The position numbers and the translations under genes are program-made. Below, in pieces: positions 57,952 through 64,000 of a stretch of DNA of 64,000 nucleotides. Source of the DNA: Trichinella spiralis (Eukaryota); the NCBI RefSeq assembly GCF_000181795.1, contig NW_003526943.1:622487-686486 (forward strand), read 5' to 3'. The notes beneath the pieces are model-generated. The model was not told the origin of the DNA and made no database searches. It was given only the letters and a program-made list of their open reading frames with translations. Numbering within the stretch: the stretch's first letter is position 1; each line of letters begins with the position of its first letter.

Positions 57952-60860
57952 TTAATTTGCTGCATTCAAATCATTTCCAGCAAACTTTGATTCACAATAT
58001 ACCAATTCTCCAAAATAGGAAGTGTCCAATTTTCTAAACATTCTCGCCGTTGAATTTCTTTTAAAAAGCAAGCACATCTCATGTGATTTGAGCACAGCTG
58101 CACAGCCCTTCGAAATTTGCTCTGACGCACATTTTAAAACACATTGGTACAAAGTATTTGCTTTCTGAATACTATCATACACTTCAAAACCGCTAAAATT
58201 TTTGCCTTCGTAAAATTCAAAGACGCACTTTTCTTCCAACTCATAAATACTATAGAAAAAAAAAACATTATTGTTTCTTCTTTCTTCTTCTCTGTCTAAA
58301 TAAATTAAACAAATAAATTAAAATAGTAAATACATAAATAGCTCAAATTCTTCATATTCAAGTAACAATAAAATGTTTTAAATCACTGTAATGTTGTTAG
58401 CGATCAGCACATTATCACTTACAAGCTAATGATTACATGAAAAGTAAATACCTTATTTAAAAATGATCATTTTATGTTTCTTGTAAAAAATTGAAAAATT
58501 TTCAATAATTTGGCAAACATTTATTTACCTCAGTGACATTATTATTACTAATAATTTATTTCAGAAACGTCTCTGAATTTCTGTCTCTACAGGAATATAT
58601 TTTTAATACAACCTTAATTTTTATACAGCAATTAAATGAAATTAATATGATGGTATTCTATAATGAATGTTTGTATTTAAAATGTGCAGTGATGAATAAT
58701 TCTGATATTAGATATACCTTTTGCGCAGCGTTGCAGCAGAACAATAGTTTGACCATTTGAAGTCACAATTTGATCATGAGATGTACCTTCAACTAACTGA
58801 TAGCAGGTTTCTTCTTGCTTTGAAAATAAAACGCCTGAACAATTGAATATGTCGTTTCTGTTACTTCTGCAGAAATTAAGACAGCCATTTAGAGTATTCG
58901 CTTGTAACACTAATGGGTGCATTTTCAAATTTTCTGCATATGCACTTGTAAACGTCGTTATTTGGCACCGTTCGTGAAATTCATGCAGTGATACAAATGA
59001 AGTTTTGAAACGCAAAGTATCTTCATAATTGCTCAATATTAATTTCTCTTTCCCGTCAGTATCTGCAATAAATTAATAGAACCTGTTAACGTTAATTTTA
59101 TTTGAAATAAAGTCTCAAAAGCCAACATTCAGGAGTCATAAGTAAAAGCATCATGGACAGAGAGAGGAATGCAACATACATGAATGTTTAATTTAAGCAT
59201 TGTAATTGCAAAAATTTTTATTGCAATTAATCACGGTTTTAATAAGAAATAAAAGTTGCAGTTGAGCAATGCATTTTAGACTGTAAGATTAACAGCGTAA
59301 TTCAAAAAATAAGAGTTATACTTAGATTTATATAGAAAAGTCATACCTGCATACAAATTGTACAGGACAAGCTCTGCCGTATTACTGGAATTAACATTCA
59401 GTTTCATAAGTAAGCATGTTTTTTCTTTAGCATTAAAAAATATCGCATTGCAGCCGAGAGCCACTCTCTTCAATATACAACACTGAAGGCAGCATTGCAT
59501 AGTAGTGCACTCGAGCAAATCAATAATTGTAGCATTTTCACTTTCAGTAATAGGAGTATGTTGTATGCTATACCCAGAGATGAACTGTGTGAGGATAGTT
59601 GGATTTTGTGACAAAATTTGCATTAATAATGGATTCTTGATTACTTCTGTAAACAGCAATCAGCAATTATTGATCAACAAAATGCTTTTTATAAAAAAAT
59701 AATTTTTTTTTAGTTTCGCAGTCACTATTACAACTGACGCTTTGAAGAAAACGTTAAAGTATAATAAACAGCATTTCTGAAACAGAATTACAAAGCAGAA
59801 GCAGAAGAGGCATAGAAAAATGTTATAGATATTCATTCATATTCAAATAAAATTACAAATTAATTATTTTTTAATATAAAATTTTCTTAAAAATTTAATT
59901 ATTTTTTAGTAGCATATTAATGATTCACATATTCATGTTTAAAAAGAATATATTACACTAATTACAGAAAAAGCATTGGTTGTTTTAACTCAGAATGTGT
60001 AATGATAATGAAAAAGTCATATTTACTAGTTTTGCAATGATGAATTTCAAAAAAATATGCTGAACTTTGTACTGTTTCAGACAGTGCGCTGAAAGTGGAC
60101 TGATGTGTAACTAAAGTGCAGCTTTTCTCCTGCAGTGAGAAGATGACACTATTGCATGCTTCTGCACCTTTTACAACACATCGTGAAAGACATTTTTTCA
60201 AGCTTGTTGCAGTCACATACGCAGTTATTTTTGCAAAGAAACTTTCTGAAACGTGTCTTTTTCTGATCAAGCAAGATTTATGCAAATCTGGAAGGACAAT
60301 AATTTTATCGTCTGCCTCATTTTTTTCATTTACACCTGCATTCAACAAAGTACTGCTTCCTAAACAGATCAGGTTGGATTAAGTGCTAGAAATGTTTTTC
60401 AAGATTTATACAAAAATAATTATACTGTTGAGACATCCATGATGCAAATAAAACTGTGACTGCCCAGTTTCCACTGGACACATCCCTGCTGTCAAATGTA
60501 AAGCGTAAAAATGAAGATGGCAGGCCTTTGTTATGTCACTGTACATGAAGGCATTACACAATAGTTCTCCGGTCGAATAGCTGGAACAAGCAGCAATGCA
60601 AGATTCAAATGAATCATACATAAATATTGGTATCCTAGATGCTATTGGATATTCCTGAGGAATATATTTTTCAATTAAACAAACTTTATCTGATAATGGT
60701 ATGTATACATAAGAATGCATTGGGCTGCTTTCCTACAATTTGAAAGTTTACTTTGCAAAAGTGCGCTTAAATTACTTGATGCTTACCAAAGTAAAAAACA
60801 AGTAGTATATTAAAAGCAGGGTTCTGATTAAATATGCACCTGAAAGTTTGAAGTCCACAT
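57952..60860 (-). CDS. Multi-PAN/Apple-domain protein C (5 domain exons); start codon unresolved
   Basis: Five paralogous Cys-domain exons with phase-1 introns. The last exon starts DRE and contains FGELVYCE as in A and B; a signal-like exon ends at 60787. Confidence 0.72.
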
Positions 60861-62077
60861 TTAATAAAATATAATTATCCCTGTGATTTCAATGGAATAC
60901 TTTGTGAATGCAAAAGATATTCAATACAGCTGCTGTAACATTATAGCTTTTATATCAGATTGAATTTGCGTTTTTATTACAAGAAAGCTACACAGAATTG
61001 TATAAGCAAAAATTTTTAATATCTAATATAACTGCATTATTCAAATAAAATATACTTACTCGACTTTGTGGCTATTTGAACATTATTGCATTATTATTAT
61101 TATTGTCTAATCATTATTTTATTCATGATATTTTTTGATATTATTAAATTATAACATTATACTGTAAATTGGTAGAATAAAATCAAACTTGCTTTTCATG
61201 TCAAACTTGCTTTCATTCATCATCATAAGTGATTAAATATCAATTTTGCAACTTTCTTTTTCCTTTTATATTAATCATCATCTTCATTAATAATTTTCTT
61301 ATGCAATAAGAATTAAAGCGAACTAAATTTTGTTAATTTTTATGTATTTAATGCAAAAATGTTTATTTTCTAGATATTTTAACAAATCTTAATTGAGGAA
61401 AAGATATTAAGAAAAGCAGATTTTCATAGAAAGCAAACAATGTTCAGAAGCAGAAATAAATTAATAAGATATGTTATTCTATAAATATTCAAATATACGC
61501 AACTTAATTCTTAACACATTTTTGCTAAAATATCGTTGTGCGCATAATCATTTGAATTAGAAGCGAACATTTATTTTAAATTACAGATACAATTTATTTT
61601 GATAGATACGGTTAACTTTTGGTACAGTAATAATTATTAAATTTATGATATAAAATGCATAATAAATTCTCGAATCATTCATTATTTTTTGTTTGTGTAA
61701 CGCCGTCGAGACAGTGTTTGTTAAGAATGCAATTCATCTATGTTTGAAATAGGCAGTAGGTTTGCTGATAAGCATTTTATTAATTAAATTAATAGTCAAT
61801 AGTCAATAATTATTCGAAAAATGAACTACATTTTGTTTTAAAAATTGAAAAATTGAAATTTCATAAATTTTTTCACAAGAATTATTTGCTTGAAAATCAA
61901 ATCAGTTAAATTTCATATTTTATACTTTCATATTTTATTAATAAATACTGAATTCTATAATGCTTTGCTAAAATTTTTTCAAAATTCTATTCTTAATGCG
62001 TAATCATTTCCTGAAGTGTTCCACATGAAATAAAATTCAGTAAATAGATATTATATAAAAAGTTTGAATAAATTACA

Positions 62078-62124
62078 ATATAATATAAAATAATATAATA
62101 TAATATAATATAATATAATATAAT
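62078..62124. repeat. (AATAT)n pentanucleotide microsatellite
   Basis: Direct reading. Confidence 0.85.
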
Positions 62125-63693
62125 CATTTAAAACTGCTTTTAAAAATGTCATTGTAAAATTACTTAATGATCATTTGAATAATTTATGCATTTTTAGATA
62201 TTGTGAAATTAATATATGAATTTTAATACAGGAACGACTATAAAAATATGATTTTCAGTTTAAATAAATATTTATTACAAAACTGTTGATTTCAAATAAC
62301 AAACCATTTTCATTTAAGAAAGATTCACAATAACTTCTTACTAGAAGTTGCAAAATTTTAAAAGCTATTTATAATGGATATGTTAATTTCAAATATCATA
62401 ATTTTTTATGTTAATGAGCAATAATATCTAATTAATGCAAGTCTGTGTAAAAAAATTTGCAAATAAATGTGCGTTCTGCACTGTAGTTGATAATGTAGAC
62501 ACTTCCATATGTAGATACGCTTCACAATTCAGTTTCTGTTTACTTTAATCCTGAACCTCTCCAGAGATCAAGTCTGTCACAGAAATTGTTTGTAAATACT
62601 ATAAGAAGCAGTCTGTTTGTTTAATGTCTTCATGATAACATCTTTTTAATTGTCATTTTATTGCGACACAATTATATTTCCTTATTAATTTTATACCGCT
62701 AATTGCATAAACAAATTTAACTAATAAAAAGAGTGAATATATGAGTGAAAAATAGGTTTGTTCATTTGCATATTTTGCGTTATTAATACAACTATTGTTA
62801 ATATATTGGTAAGAAACTTCATTTGTTAATGAAGTTTTTCCTAAAAAAAATGTTCATAAATGAAACGAAAAAAATCTTTTGTTTTGAAAATTTGTAATAA
62901 TGAATACAGTATTTTCATACGTGGGTTAGCCGAATTATTATCTGTACTCAAAAGAAATGGGCCTGAAAGGAAATACGTTTCATTGTGTAGGTGTATAGAG
63001 AATTTTAAAATTTAACTGGCCAGCAGTTTCACTTTCCGCTTCAATATAAATATTAAGTAAATAATAGTGCTTAAACAAATAGATCTGGGCAAAATAAGTC
63101 AAAAAAGGGTAACATTAATAGTTTCAAATAATGATGTCCAAATTGATCAGCAGAAACTATGCTCATTGATTTGGGTGAAATAATCCGGCGGAGAAGAGTT
63201 ATTAGATGAACGCGTGAACTCTATTGGAAACTACTACTGGTCAGTCAGATGAAACGACTTCTCTACGGATAAGAATCGACTACTTCTTAAATGTAATTGC
63301 TGCTGCGTGATTAATTTAAATCTAAGACCTACAAAAAACTTATTCTTCACTAGCCACATTATCCAAGAAAGCTCACTTCCGTGTAATCGGAGTAAACGAT
63401 TCTGATCGAATCCCTTAACTTCTACAATTACCTGCAACTGGATACTATCACGCACACAAACACTTTAACGTAGGCGTTGTCAGAATTGAAAACGCACAAA
63501 TTGCTAGAAGATCAGTATTAAGCGCAGTATACTTTTGCTTCATCCTTCCTTGTTGTTCGAAAACTTTTCAATTTTACATATCTTCACAACAGTAACAATT
63601 ATTGGCAAGGTAAAGTCTTATGTTAATGACTGATCAAAAAGTTAAGAAACAATACTTTTTGCTTTCTTATTTAGAATCTGGAATTTGGAAAAA

Positions 63694-63829
63694 ATGGACT
63701 TAAAGATAAAAATTCGAATAATTTTTTTTCTAATTGGAATGGCGTTGTTCTCTGAAGCGAAACCAGCTTCGCTGGCTCGATATGGGCGTGCAGCATTGCC
63801 ACGTTATGGAAAAAGAGCTGAACTGATCA
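63694..63829 (+). CDS. lury-1: Luqin/RYamide-type neuropeptide precursor, first coding exon (gene continues past a GTAAG donor)
   Basis: MDLKIKIRIIFFLIGMALFSEA-KPASLARY-GR-AALPRY-GKR-AELI: a signal peptide followed directly by two RY-Gly peptides with basic cleavage sites. A likely 5'UTR intron lies at about 63610-63674. Confidence 0.88.
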
Positions 63830-64000
63830 GTAAGAATTTTTATGATTATTTATAAAATAATTATATTGTAAAATTTATATATTTATAAAATTGCAAAATT
63901 ACACCACTTATATATTTGTTTTCATTTGTTATATATATTCGATGTTTACTTTCAATGGAAATGTAAATTTAAATCATGAGATTTCTGTTTAATTCATGTT

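Overview
AT-rich, intron-containing animal genomic DNA. Short introns, tightly packed genes and nematode-type genes suggest a nematode, most likely a Trichinella-like clade I species (inference). About 17 protein-coding loci can be reconstructed: two convergent neprilysin (M13) paralogues flanking an intronless NRF-6-like acyltransferase; NOG1/GTPBP4; an ankyrin-repeat/Dpy-30-motif protein; a dopamine transporter; a divergent pair of candidate operons (RNF113A, carbonyl reductase, V-ATPase c'' on the - strand; RluA-type pseudouridine synthase, DUF4807-like on the + strand); an Ovo/LIN-48 zinc-finger gene; ornithine aminotransferase; three tandem five-domain PAN/Apple genes; and, at the right edge, a luqin/RYamide (lury-1-like) neuropeptide precursor exon missed by the ORF track. 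Non-coding features include two internally deleted copies of one piggyBac family, three hAT MITEs (one nested in another), a degenerate initiator tRNA-Met, microsatellites and a 242-nt N gap. The most notable signals are two GC-AG introns inside the Ovo zinc-finger array, the all-phase-1 modular PAN gene array, the palindrome and pseudo-TIR architecture of the piggyBac (one copy with a TTAG duplication), and an exact 18-bp motif shared by two non-coding islands. Exon boundaries were read by eye; no database searches were run.
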